Below, in pieces: positions 50,424 through 63,000 of a DNA stretch of 64,000 nt; position 1 is the first letter of the stretch; every line of letters starts with the position of its first letter. Origin of the DNA: Macrostomum hystrix (lineage: Eukaryota > Animalia > Platyhelminthes). Position numbers and translations under genes: made by a program. Location of the stretch: contig CATNEN010000039.1 in assembly GCA_950097015.1 (NCBI GenBank), positions 11,346,001 through 11,410,000 on the forward strand, read 5' to 3'. The notes beneath the pieces are model-generated. The model saw nothing but the letters and a program-made list of their open reading frames with translations, did not search any database and had not been told where the DNA came from.

Positions 50424-50738
50424 TCAATGCATGGAGCAGAACCACTGGGCAATGCGGTCAGCATCTGGCATGTTCACCCCAGGCTGGCCGTGAAGCTCGG
50501 AGCCTTCGATGGCGTCCTTAGCGAACTGCCTGGCGCATGCTACACAGCCTGGAGGTGGCGAGCGGCCCTGCTGCTGCAGCTCGGCCACGCGAGGCTCCAG
50601 TGTACGGAGGTGGCCGCACTGGGTCTCCATCAGTTTGTGCAGCTGCTGCTTCTCTTCGGCGGTCAGCGCTTTGGCCGGCGTCGGGCAGTTCAACAGGGCG
50701 CAGGCGAGAAGAAGTGGCAGGAGGAGAGCTGGCGGCAT
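50424..50738 (-). CDS. Small secreted Cys-containing protein of unknown family (104 aa, single exon)
   Basis: Signal peptide MPPALLLPLLLACALLNCPTPAKA; mature part with C..CxxC..C; GC-rich coding-like composition. An acceptor-like GGCAG lies just before the ATG, and AATAAA (minus strand) is at 50319-50324. Confidence 0.7.
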   Translation of the reverse strand: MPPALLLPLLLACALLNCPTPAKALTAEEKQQLHKLMETQCGHLRTLEPRVAELQQQGRSPPPGCVACARQFAKDAIEGSELHGQPGVNMPDADRIAQWFCSMH

Positions 50739-50799
50739 GACTGCCAAATGCGAATGGGTCAATGCGATGTGCGAAATAATATATTTCGATTATGCCAGT

Positions 50800-51202
50800 T
50801 TCTCTGACTCCTGAGCACACACGCACACCGAGACTACACGCAGGCAAAAGGTTGTAACCCCTCCCCTAATCGGCTGAGAAAACTATGTGGCGCCTCATAT
50901 ATAGTACGAGTTGTGGCGCACCTGCAGGTAATGGTGCTGGCGCCTCGTGGTAGTGGCGCTGCATCGTAGTGACGCACCCGTTATAGTGGTGCCCCCCAAT
51001 AGTGGCGCTGTCCTGACTTTTTCATTGTCACCCTCGCTTTGTCACTCTAGGTGGCACCTCTAGGTATTGGCCCTCTATGGGCGTAGATTTCACAAAAAAT
51101 TGCTTTTTTGCCTTCTAAGCGCCACAAATTGATGGATCTTCGCTGCGGAATCGAGCTCAGGGACCTTGGTGCGAGAGGTCAAAGCGTTAACCACTCTGCC
51201 GC
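50800..51202 (-). mobile_element. tRNA-derived SINE (family A), diverged copy with an internal GTGGCGC-rich insert
   Basis: GGAATCGAGCTCAGGGACCTTGGTGCGAGAGG..GCGTTAACCACTCTGCC (A/B boxes on the minus strand) and CTGACTCCTGAGCACAC. Confidence 0.75.
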
Positions 51203-52294
51203 TTATATTTTGGACAGACGCCATTCTCACCTTGTCTTGTTCTTGCTCTTGCCTTTTTTGTCTAGAAGTATTTGACGTTAGGTCGAATCTCAGTTTAGCT
51301 GCAGCTGCAGTCTGAAAATCCTTTGCGATCGAGGAAAAAGGCCGTTGTTCCGTTGACTAGTTGATCCGTTGATCCACGGAAATAACTCCTTTATAGTGTT
51401 TCGGATGAGAGACGCGACTTAATATTTCAATTTTGAATTTTGTTAATTTAATCAGCGACGTGGGTTTGCTGTTGCGACGTAAAAGCAACAAACAACGGCT
51501 TAACAGCGTTGTAGATATTGACAAATTCCCATTGGGAAATCTTCCAGATGAAATGATTTTTAATTTAGCTCAACGTGGAACAGGCCCTGCAGTTGCACGG
51601 ATGATAAATTTTTTGTTTAGTAACCGAGGTTGAGATCAATCGATTATCCAGGAAGCACAATGTGACAATCAACGTTGAGTCATAATAAATCTTTTTTTCA
51701 AATGATTTGCCTCACGACTATGTGTTTAGACGGCGCGAGCTTCGACTCAGCGGCTTAGCATAAAATTTTCCATCAAATTTTGACAGCCTCTTTTTGAACG
51801 CTTTATAGATAAGCACTGTAGCCTTGCTAGATTACGACAGTCGTCGTAATATTCAGCTAGTATATAGCAAATTATACATTTTTGGCTATTTTGAAAGTTT
51901 TGCGATAAAAAATGATTTAACAATTCAATAATTCACTCAATAGGACAAATAAAAGAACAAATGTGTTGTTAGATTGGATATGCTTTCAGGCTATATTTAG
52001 TTAATGTACTTTTGGATGTTAATGTCGCTTAAGTTCATAGACTAAAGTTTAGTACACCTCATTCAAGGAATAGCTTAGTCAAACATTTTTGTCTATGGTA
52101 GGAAGTGTGGGCTTCGCCCCTCACTCTGGGCCCCTCGCGGTTAATACCCATAGACAAAAGCACAAAGCAATGTTCTTTCTCCACTATTTTTTAGTGTTAA
52201 TGTTATTGCAGTGCGAGCTGAATGATTTTTTCTTTTTTACATTAACACTAAAAATAGTGGAGCAAAATAGATCATTATCCTGCAGCCGAAGCAA

Positions 52295-55200
52295 ATGAGC
52301 GACAAGTCAAGCCAGCAAGACAAGGCTGCTAAGATGAAGCTGCTGGAGCCTCAAAATAATCAAGGCAGGCAGTCGAAAACTAAAACACCGTCAATAGAAC
52401 AAGTAAACAATATGGCTTACATGTATGTTAGCGAAGTACTCGTATTTACTGTTGCCATGCAAGAAAGCTAAGGATTAGCCATCTGAATAGGCTCAGTAAA
52501 GCACTCCGTACCTAAAGTATTTTTAACAAGTCATGTGAAAAATGCAGTTCTGATATTATATTTATAAATTATCACCGCATTAAAACTAGGAGTCGCCACA
52601 GCAGCAGCAGAAGCAGCAGCAGCAGAAGCAGCAGCAGCAGCGGCATAACTTACTGCTCCGTTTGAGAAAGCCTCGGTCCCTGGCGCACTTCCTGCCTGAC
52701 TGTCGAGATCTTCGCGACGTAAAAAAATGGCGCTGGCGAGCGAGCCGTCTGCCGAATGGCGGTGATCCGCGTACCCGACTGCTATGGGCGGTGCACCGCC
52801 TCTACAATGAGTATAGGAAGGTGTTTAACACACAAGCCAGTCAGCGCGACTGCCATAGGTGAGCCTAGAAGACTTAGCTTCGATCGCTAGTGAAAACCCC
52901 TGTAAGGGTTCAGAAAACAGTAAGTGTGACTTGGCGGTGGCCTTCTTCTACTTTAATTTCGGGCGTTAAAGGACGCCCGACTCACCGAGGAGGCCCAGCA
53001 CAGCAGACCAGTTGGCAAACACCGCCGCGGGCCTCGGGGCTGCAACCCCAGAGCTGGCAGCAGTGGGCGGGTAGTGGTGGGCGGCCCGCGGTGCTTGAAG
53101 CATGCCTGGCCAGCGAGCTCGCGCCGGCCGTCGCTGCCGCTGTTGGTTTCGTGTCAGCGGGGTATCCTGCGCCAGCAGAGATCCTCGCATGTCTAGGCAC
53201 CCACTGCAGGTGCACCTGGATCTCAAAGGGGGCTAGTGCCTCTTGACTGGCCCAAAGTTGGTCGGCTGTGGTGGCGGTGGCCTCGATGAGCAAGCACTAA
53301 AAAAATCACATTTGAGAAATAGAGCGTCTAGTTTATTTGTCGAATTCTATTTTAAGTGCCGCCCTATGTTCTTTGGACGGCAGCCTTTCCAGGTAGTTCA
53401 CGCCCAGGGCATAGCGCAGTCTTTGTAATAGTGTCGATACCGAAATTACCATATTTTATTCGCTGAGCTGCTATAACAGTGACTGAGTGATCAGGCTCTA
53501 AGCAGAAACGAGGAAGCTAGACAGGTTTTTTATTTTTTCAGCCGAGCCTTAGAATCTGCTGCTACCGCCGGAGACTATGAAAAACAAGCCGAGGACAGCA
53601 AACTGGAAGCGTCGGCAGGTCGCGAGGTCGGTTTTTTTTCCTGCGACGCAGCACGAGCTGAACGCAAACCAAACGCCGACGTCAGCGGCGTCGAATGGGG
53701 CGTTGTGCAGCGCCGCAGCAGACGCACAAACCGCATCAATCAGGTGCTGCTTCGTCGCGCAGGTGGAGCCGAAGTTTGGATTGACGCACCGATTGCGCTG
53801 GAGCTTCGACTGCCGCAGATTCGAGCCATGCTGACCGCTGTTATGGCCAAATGCCCGTTCATCACCGACCCGACGGAGGCTCTCGCAGAGCTGCGCGCAG
53901 CCAGGTACAATGTGACGGAGTGCGTGGAGTACCTTCAGGAGGTGCACCCTATCTGGGAGGTTGCCGTTAAGGAGTGAGTGTCTGCGAGACTAAGAAAACC
54001 TCTCTGTACTGGGTTTTGGTATTGACAGATTCGGAATTCATGGTGATTTTTGCAATCTAACTTTCAGAAGCCTCCAAGCCAAACTGTCTCCGGCTAAGAA
54101 GCCATCGCTTGGAGAAGCCACGTCTGAGTCAACATCGGCGACAAATAGTGTGACGCCCCGTCTTCTGGTCGGACTGACTCGCCTGCGCGCCACACTGGCC
54201 GACTGCTATGACAGCGTGATCCAACAGTCTGGCCGGATCGCAGCCGTCGCCGCTGTCGTCGCTAGCGAGGCCGCCACCCTGACTGAATTCTGCCGTCAGC
54301 TGAACAGCAACGCGATATCTAGCAAAGCGAGCTGTTTAGAGCGCGAAGTTGAGCAGATGTGGATCCGCTATCGCGACGAAGAGCTCAAGAGGAAGTCTGC
54401 CTTGAACCAACTGCACGAGCGGCTGGGCACCATCCGGGTTTTCGTCCGGTGCCAGCGCGTTCCGGGGGAGCAGGCGCTGCAGCCTCTAGGCGAAGACACT
54501 CTGCAGGTGTTCAACAGCAGGCCCGGCGTTTCAGTTCAGAGCTTCAAGTTTGACGCCGTTTTCACCACAGACTTAGCCAGCACGCAGCAGCAGCTCAGGT
54601 TTTGCGCCTAACTGTTCTTTAGTTGTTTTTTATTTTTGTTTTTACTGACACGCATGAACTTTCAATATCGCACTTTGCTCAATCCGACCTCAAATTGGAC
54701 GCCACGATCGCTACTGACATCCAGCCATGCGTCAGCTCCTAGATTAACAAGTGAATCCGACGATGGCCGCCTGTTCAATGAGCTGCACCCGCTGATCGAC
54801 TCCTTCTTGGATGGCTACAATGTCTGTTTCGTGGCCTACGGTGCCGAGGCTAGCGGCAAAACGCACACCCTGCATGGACCGAAAGGCTGGCCGGAGCGAG
54901 GCCTTGTCTACCGCAGCATGGCCGCTGCCGTGGTTGGGGCCCGCGAGCGACTGCCGGTCTGTCGGCTTGAACTCCACACAGCCTGTGTGGAGATCTACAA
55001 TGACGCTCTGGTAAGGAAACTAGGAGAAATCATTGAATTAGAAAGCTGTTGAGTGACAGGCTTGATCTCGTACGGGAGATGCCGCTTTCCACCAGAAATT
55101 CGCGAATTGTTGTCTCCGAACAGTCAGAGATCCTTCTAGTTCAGTCTAATTTAGTGTGGTCTGATGATAGTGAGTCTTCGGTCTACAGACCACTGTGCAG

Positions 55201-55894
55201 AAGAAATCGGCGGGGAAATATAGGCAGAAAAGCTGGCGAGCAAACATAGTCCATTGTGTTGAAACTCCATCGCATCCCTTCCCAGTTGGATCTTGGTGAT
55301 CAGAAGCACGGCCCGAGGCGCTTAGCTGCCGGCTGTCTGGACTGGGGCCTCGGCAAATTGTTCGACTCTCTCTGCTGCATCGACGTGGCCACGGAATCGG
55401 ATGCCCTAGAGGCCATACGTTTTACCACTGAGCGCCGTCAGGTCGCTCCTACGGCTCTCAATCCGCAGTCGTCCCGGTCGCACCTGCTGCACCTGATGCG
55501 GCTTCGCGGCCACTTTGAGACGCACGCAGGTGAACAAGTCTGCGCCTTCCTGGGCCTCATAGATCTGGCCGGAGCGGAGAATGTCATCAAGGCCGCCACG
55601 GTGGACAATCCAGCCAGGGCAGCGGAGGCCTCCCACATCAACCGGTCGTTAGCTTCGTTCAATCGGCTGTTTCTCAATCTGCGCCGCACAGCCAGCACCA
55701 ACAATGTTCCCAGCTTCCGCGACTCGCGCCTCACCCAACTGATGAAGCCGTTCCTGACGGACCACGGCAAGTGCTGCATCATCGTGACGGTGCGCTCGGA
55801 CCGGCAGTCGCTGACCACAAGTCTCAGCAGCCTGCGTTTCGGCCGCGGCGCGATGCAGGTTGTGCTTGGCAGGGCTCGCCGACAGGTCGTCTAA
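52295..55894 (+). CDS. Kinesin with C-terminal motor (kinesin-14/KIFC-like), 6 exons, ~738 aa
   Basis: Exons 52295-52402, 52590-52858, 53542-53973, 54068-54598, 54743-55010 and 55286-55894 join in frame (2217 nt). Neck RKSALNQLHERLGTIRVFVR; LDGYNVCFVAYGAEASGKTHT; NPQSSRSH; DLAGAE; HINRSL; FRDSRLT. The three 5' exons are less certain. Confidence 0.85.
52880..53295 (-). mobile_element. Degenerate retroelement fragment with RNase H-like motif in kinesin intron 2
   Basis: GC-rich intronic block translating to LWASQEAL..QVHLQWVPRHARI, resembling the 'LQWVPxHxGI' RNase H motif of I/R1-group LINEs. Confidence 0.45.
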
Positions 55895-56571
55895 CCTGTT
55901 TGACTAATTTGCTGTTGGCATGGCACTTTCAGCAATTGAACAGTCGACAGAAACAGTAACAAGTTGAGTAAGTCACTCGGTGCACGCCTCAGACACTTTA
56001 TCGTCATCGCTATAAATAACTTCTGATAAGTTGAGTCCTTTTGATTTTTTTCTGTGATACCGGCAGAGCTGCAGTTCTGCTAAGATTAATTTTATTTTCT
56101 ACTTGAAATAATAAGAAAGTGCTTCTGCTATTATACTCATTACTGCCTCAAAGTATAAATAGATTCTTAATAATATAGTGTATCATTTGCTACGCATAAA
56201 AAAGAAAGAATTTTCTTACCTTCAATATTTATTTATTTTACGTGTTCAGCACAATTAATCAAAAAGGACGTTTTGATATTGTTTGGAAAGGAATAGACAA
56301 TCAAAAGGTGACTGTTAAATAGCTCATAGACTAATATACTAAATTGCGCAAAAATATATGAAATAGATCGAAACGTTACGAAATGCAGGGCGGTTAATTA
56401 CCATATTATGCGTGCAAACTTAAGTTCATTGGCACTTTGATCAACAATATTATACGTTTCAATAGTTTCAATTGACTTTTCAATTTCATCTTGTCGTAAA
56501 AATCAATTAAAAAAAAGTTTATGACATCAATCTGCCAGAAGCTGCTGTGTTTACTACCACTTCCAAGGCAC

Positions 56572-56847
56572 TGAGTGGCAGAGCGGTGAACGCGTTTGCC
56601 CTCGCACCAAGGTCCCTAAGCTCGATTCCGCGGCGAGGCCACATTTATTTGGGGCGCAGCCGCGGAGAGAAGGCTTGGGAGCTTGTCGTGCAATTTACGC
56701 CCTTGTGGGCCAACCTCCAAGGCACAGTGAGAGTGTACACTGCCTGACGATGAGAAAGTCAGGGCAGATGTACACACCTGTGTGATTGTGTGCTCAGAAA
56801 TTCTCCTTGCTGGCTGCAGGTCACCCCCGCAATTACTAATTATTAAT
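56572..56847 (+). mobile_element. tRNA-derived SINE (family A) with TSD
   Basis: A-box TGGCAGAGCGG, B-box-like AGCTCGATTCC, tail GCAATTACTAATTATTAAT. TSD CAAGGCAC at 56564-56571 and 56848-56855. Confidence 0.9.
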
Positions 56848-57078
56848 CAAGGCACATTAAGAGCGTACACAGTTTAACGAATGAAAAAGTCGGGCAGATA
56901 CACACACCTGTGCGCAAAGCTCCCCTGAAAACTATTAACTATATTCTTTAAGTTGGTCCGCACTTATAAGTATTACTAGCAGCTTAGTGGACATGCTGAA
57001 TAGAGGATTAAAGAAACAAGAGATTGTTAGAAATTAAATTAAGAAAAATAACATCGCAAGCGTGTCTGTTAGTCTGGT

Positions 57079-60000
57079 TCACAGAATGTCGGCGCCACCG
57101 TAAATCAGGCGCCGATCTTGATGGCTGCTCTGAGCTGCTCTCTGATAGGCCAGCATCCACTTGGCTGGTGGCAGGGTGCGGTGCGCTGCTGTACAGAGGC
57201 CAAGAGCGCTGCACGCCAATCGGGGACTGAGCCCGTTAACCAGCAGGCGAACTATCACCGGGCCAAGCTGCCGCACCAGACTGTCACAATCGGTGCGCGC
57301 CGACTGTGGTAGAAGACTGCACACCTGGACAATTGGGGTTGGTGCAGGGCTGGGTGTCCGAACAGCTACTTACTGGTTAGTAACAGGAAATCCGAGTTAA
57401 TTAATTAGGTAGTTACTAATCTGGCAGGTAGTTACTAATATGACAGGTAGTTACTAATATGACAGGTAGTTACTAATGACAGGTAGTTACTAATATGACA
57501 GGTAGTTACTAATGACAGGTAGTTACTAATCTGGCAGGTAGTTACTAATTTGACAGTTATTTACTTATCTGACAGGTAGTTACTAATCTGACAGGTAGTT
57601 ACTTATCTGACAGGTAGTTACTTATCTGACAGGTAGTTACTTATCTGACAGGTAGTTACTTATCTGACAGGTAGTTACTTATCTGACAGGTAGTTACTTA
57701 TCTGACAGGTAGTTACTAATCTGACAGGTAGTTACTTATCTGACAGGTAGTTACTTATCTGACAGGTAGTTACTTATCTGACAGGTAGTTACTTATCTGA
57801 CAGGTAGTTACTTATCTGACAGGTAGTTACTTATCTGACAGGTAGTTACTAATATGACAGGTAGTTACTAATATGACAGGTAGTTACTAATATGACAGGT
57901 AGTGACACTATGTGAGTATTCCACCAATCCTACCCTGTCCAAGGCCGCCTCGATGGCCGCCGCTGATCGATTGGCGCCGATTTGGCGCTCCAACTCGCGG
58001 ATGACGAATTCGCACAGCAGGCATTGCGGCCCGGTCCTAGCCGCTAGAGCTGTCGGCGGCTGCGAACTCAGTTGCTTGGGCTGAGTCGGCAACTGTCCCT
58101 GCAGCTGTTGACATGCGCCCAGGACTTGGCAGATGAGGTTCGGGTCCAGCTCAGTTGACAGCAGCTCGAATAGCAGCGGCAGATAATGGTCGACGGCATT
58201 CGTACACTGGGAAAGTAATTTTTAGTAGATCGTGCGTGTCCATGGACTTAAATTGTTCCTATCGGATTGAAAGCTCAAAGTGTACTGAGCGACAACCTCC
58301 TCCTTTGCCATGATGAATTGAATGCTACTCTCACCTGTAGCCGCTCAGATTCTTTCGGCGGTAGTCGGCACGCGGTCGACTTTAGCAGATGCCCCACCTC
58401 CGCCTCCGATTGGCCATCGCGCACCAAATGACGGGCGGTCATCACCAGAGTCTGGCAGCTCCTACAGCTGACTATTGCTGACAGCGGCTTCTGGGGCTTG
58501 ACTGGAGCATTCAGCTGGCCCTGGCATTGATTAAGTTGTTGACGGAGGAGTGGGGTTGTTGACGGAGGAGTGGGGTTGTTGACGGAGGAGTAGGGTTGTT
58601 GACGGAGGAGTGGGGTTGTTGACGGAGGAGTGGGGTTGTTGACAGAGGAGTGGGGTTGTTGACAGAGGAGTGGGGTTGTTGACGGAGGAGTGGGTTGTTG
58701 ACAGAGGAGTGGGGTTGTTGACGGGGGAGTGGGGTTGTTGACGGAGGAGTGGGGTTTTTTGACGGAGGAGTGGGGTTGGTCACAGAGGAGTGGGGTTGGT
58801 CAACGGTGGACTGGAGTTAGCACTTAATGACATTGTTGTGTATTGACTGACTGAATGCTAATTTACGCATACTGCCACTATGAGTAGTGCAGTGAGGAAG
58901 CTAGTAGTTTCTAGAACCTTCTGTAGCCAGAATATTCTAGAACCTTCTATAGTCCGTGTTTTCTAGAACTTTCGATTTAACATATCAGCTACCTATAAAT
59001 ATACGGACACAAAGCTATCACAAAAAGGATAACTGCTCAATTTGGAATCTGCCAACAAATCCGTTGTTCCCTTCGTTCACTACATAACAACTGGCGACGA
59101 GGATGGCCCTCAACGTTAGCCCACCGACACCGTACCTGCCGGCAAGCGGACCTCCAGCAGTTCCATGGAATCGATGGCTAGACGCTTTCGATATCTATTG
59201 CCAAGCGGCGCAGATCTGGACTGACCGGCCGGCAGAGGGCGAAGCTCCAACAGAGGAAGCTACGCGACTGGCAACGAGGAGCCGCAACATGCTGCTGCAC
59301 CTGCTCGGTTTCGAAGGGCAGCGGATTGCCAGGGCACGCAACGCGATTGTCGACGGCCACACCTTCTGGCAAACCCGCGACATGCTGACGACTGTGTTTG
59401 GCGACCGGCCAAACGTGATGTTGGCGCGTCACCGATTCCGGGAGCGACATCAGCTGCCCGGAGAGGACGCAGTCACGTTTGTCGCAGCACTACGCGAGCT
59501 GTCAGCCACCTGCAACTACGGAGCAATGGCTGACGAAATGATCCGCGACCAGCTGGCCCAGAAAACCAGCAGCAGCCGGATTCGTGAGCGCCTGCTGACT
59601 GAGGACGCCGCCAAGCTGACACTGGACCAAGCCATCGTGATCGCGACGACTATCGAGGAGGCAGCGGCAGGCAGCAAGGCGATGGCAGCAGCCGGCTCTT
59701 CAGGAAATGTCCAGGCTGTGCAGGAGGCCAGACCCCGAGGTCACCATGGCGCTCCGTCCAAGAAGAAGCCAGGGCAGCAAGCCGGAGGATCCTGCCAGCG
59801 ATGCGGCCGCAGCCATGATGGCAAAGCCCAATGTCCCGCGCACGGCAAGAAGTGCAACAACTGCGGCAAACTGAATCACTTCAGCCGATGCTGCCGCAAT
59901 AAGACAATGCAGGTCAGCGCGGAAGAGACAATCTACGCAGTCCACGGCAACAACGAGGTCCGCGCAGACCTTCAGCTCGGCAGCATCCGAAAGACCGTCA

Positions 60001-63000
60001 GCCTGATGGTCGACTGCGGTGCCAAGGTGTCTCTGCTGAACGAGGCCACGGCACGGAGCTTGGGCGACATTCGCCTAAGAACGTCGTCGATGAGGCTACG
60101 AGCCTACGGTGGGAAGCTGATCGCCCTAGCTGGGATCGCAACAGTGCCCGTCAAGCACCACAGCCGTGAGCTCCAACACGACTTCTACGTCACGAGGTCT
60201 GGCGAGAACCTCATCGGCCGCGACCTGATAAAGAAGCTAGGCTTCCGCGTGCAACTGCAGCCGCCAGCTGAGATCGGTGCCGAGATCGCCAGCGTAGACA
60301 TCGAGCGAGAGTTCCCAACGGTCTTCAGCGGCTCGATCGGTCTCTGCAAAGGCGCAGTGCACAAACCGAGGATTAACGCAGCGGTGCCACCAGTGCAGCA
60401 GCCGCTCCGTCGACTTCCGCTCGCTAAGCAGCAACAAGTCGGCGAGGAGCTGGACCGTCTGGAGGCCATGGGAATCATCGAACGGGTGAATTCCAGCCCA
60501 TGGATCTCCAACTTGGTTGTCGCTAACAAGAAGGACGGAAATATTCGAGTCTGCATTGACGTGCGAGAGCCGAACAAGTCGCTCGTCATCGACCGGCACC
60601 CGATGCCGCAGCTGGACGAGATCTCGGCCAAGATCAAAGCGGCCGGAGGCAGCGTGTTCTCCAAGATCGACCTTAAGGCAGGATACATGCAGATGAAGCT
60701 GCACGAGTCATCACGTGACCTGACAGCATTCATTACTCACCAGGGTCTGTATCGCTACTGCAGGGTGCCGTTCGGCCTTGCTTCTGCACCGGCGGCATTC
60801 CAGAGGATGCTGGACGACCTGGTGTCTGATCTGCAGGGTGTTGAGCACATCTTGGACGACTTCATCGTCTTCGGAGCAACTGAAGCCGAGCACAACTCGA
60901 GGCTGCGAGCACTGCTGAAGCGATTGGAGGACGCCGGTCTCACTGCCAACAAGGACAAGTGCCAGCTGCGGAGGACTGAGATTGAGTTCTTTGGCTTCAT
61001 CTTCTCAGCCAACGGCATGCGACCGTCTGAGAGTCAGACCAAGGCCTTCAGCGAGCTGCGCCCGCCGACCAACAGGAAGGAGCTGCAGGCGTTCCTGGGA
61101 TCCGCCAACTATCTGATGCGGTTCGTGCCCAACTTCGCGGAGGTAACGGCGCCACTGCGGCCTCTGCTGAAAAGCGACGCGGTGTTCGAATGGTCGACGG
61201 AGTGCGAGAAGGCATTCGAAACGTTGAAAGCGGCAATCTGCAGTCCGCCGGTCCTAGCCCACTTCGACCCAGGGGCCGAGACGATCGTCACTAGCGACGC
61301 CAGTGCAGAGTCCCTCGGTGCGCAGCTGTCCCAGGTCCAAGATGGCATCGAGAGGCCGATCGCCTTCGCCGCCCGGGCCCTGACCGAGACGGAGAAGCGA
61401 TACGCAGCGAACGAGCGAGAGGCGCTGGCGAGCCTGTGGGCCATGGAGAAGTGGCACTACTACCTGTACGGGCGCCATTTCGAGCTGCGGACCGACCACC
61501 AAGCGCTGCGCCAGCTCCCCAGCGGCAGCGGCACCGGACATCGGCCGCTGCGCATCCACCGGTGGTGCGACAGGTTTCAGCAATATGACTTCCATGTGCG
61601 ATACCTGCCGGGCAACAGCAACTTCGTGGCCGACATGCTGTCTAGGTGGAGCTGCGGTTCCGACATGAACATCATCCAGCTACCAGACACTGCGATGCCT
61701 CCGGTACGGGTTGTTACCCCGCAGCAGCTAGCGATAGCCACAGCCGAGGATGCGGTTCTGCGACAGGTGATTCAGCACGTCACAAGCGGCAACTGGAGCT
61801 CTTCATCGGATAGCGAGCTGCAGCCGTACTTCAAGGTCCGCGAGCACCTCAGCGTCTGGCAGGACGGCGCCTGCCTGGCTTTCCAAGAACGAGCCGTCAT
61901 TCCCCTGCAGCTGCGGCGCGAGCTTCTGGAGGCGGCCCATTCTGGACATCCGGGGGTGGTGCGCACCAAGCAGCAGCTCCGCGAGTTCGCCTGGTGGCCA
62001 AAGATGGACGCCGACGTCGAGACGTTCGTCCGAGACTGCGGCGCCTGCGAGACAGCGGAGAAGAATTTCAAGCTGCGACCGGCTCTGCTGTCACCGTCTA
62101 AGGACAACGCGGTTGCGCATACCGAGATGGCCCAGCGAATCCAAGAGCGCCAGCAGCGGACGGCAGCCTACACGGACCAGCGGCGAAGAGCGCGACCGCC
62201 GGCACTGCGCGCCGGCGACTGGGTTCGGGTGCGGCGTCCAATACGACGGGGCAAGCTCGGAACGCGGCTCTCGGCGCCGCTTCGGATCGTCAAAACGATG
62301 GGCGCTGCTTGCCGACTGACCGACGGCAGCACCTGGAATCAGCAGGCACTCGTACCAACATCGATGCGCCTGAGCCCCGAGACACCGGTGCCTGACGAGC
62401 TCGACCCGCTCATCGACATTCAAGGACAGCACACGGTTCCGGACGATGGAGGCGGAGATCCCTTGCCTGCACCGGATCCAGCACAGGGACTAGCGACCCC
62501 GCCGGTACGACGATCCGGTCGGCCGAGGCGACCTGTGCAGCGTTATGGCTTCTGACTGACTGATTTTGCGGAGAGGGGGAAGATGTTGTGTATTGACTGA
62601 CTGAATGCTAATTTACGCATACTGCCACTATGAGTAGTGCAGTGAGGAAGCTAGTAGTTTCTAGAACCTTCTGTAGCCAGAATATTCTAGAACCTTCTAT
62701 AGTCCGTGTTTTCTAGAACTTTCGATTTAACATATCAGCTACTTATAAATATACGGACACAAAGCTATCACAAAAAGGATAACTGCTCAATTTGGAATCT
62801 GCCAACAAATCCGTTGTTCCCTTCGTTCACTACATAACAGACATTGCAGTGGGGTCGGTGACGAAGGAGTGGGTTTGGTGACACGGAAGTGGGCTTGGTG
62901 ACGGTGGAGTGTGTGATTGGATCAGATTGTTTCAGATTGTGATTTGAAAAGTGATCGCTTTTTTAAGATCAGGTTTATTTTTTGACTTTGTGGCCTTACA

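Noticed and set aside
56572-56640. Possible tRNA gene
   Set aside because: A/B boxes are present but there is no acceptor stem or T-run terminator; it continues into a repeated body with tail and TSD, so it is a SINE head.
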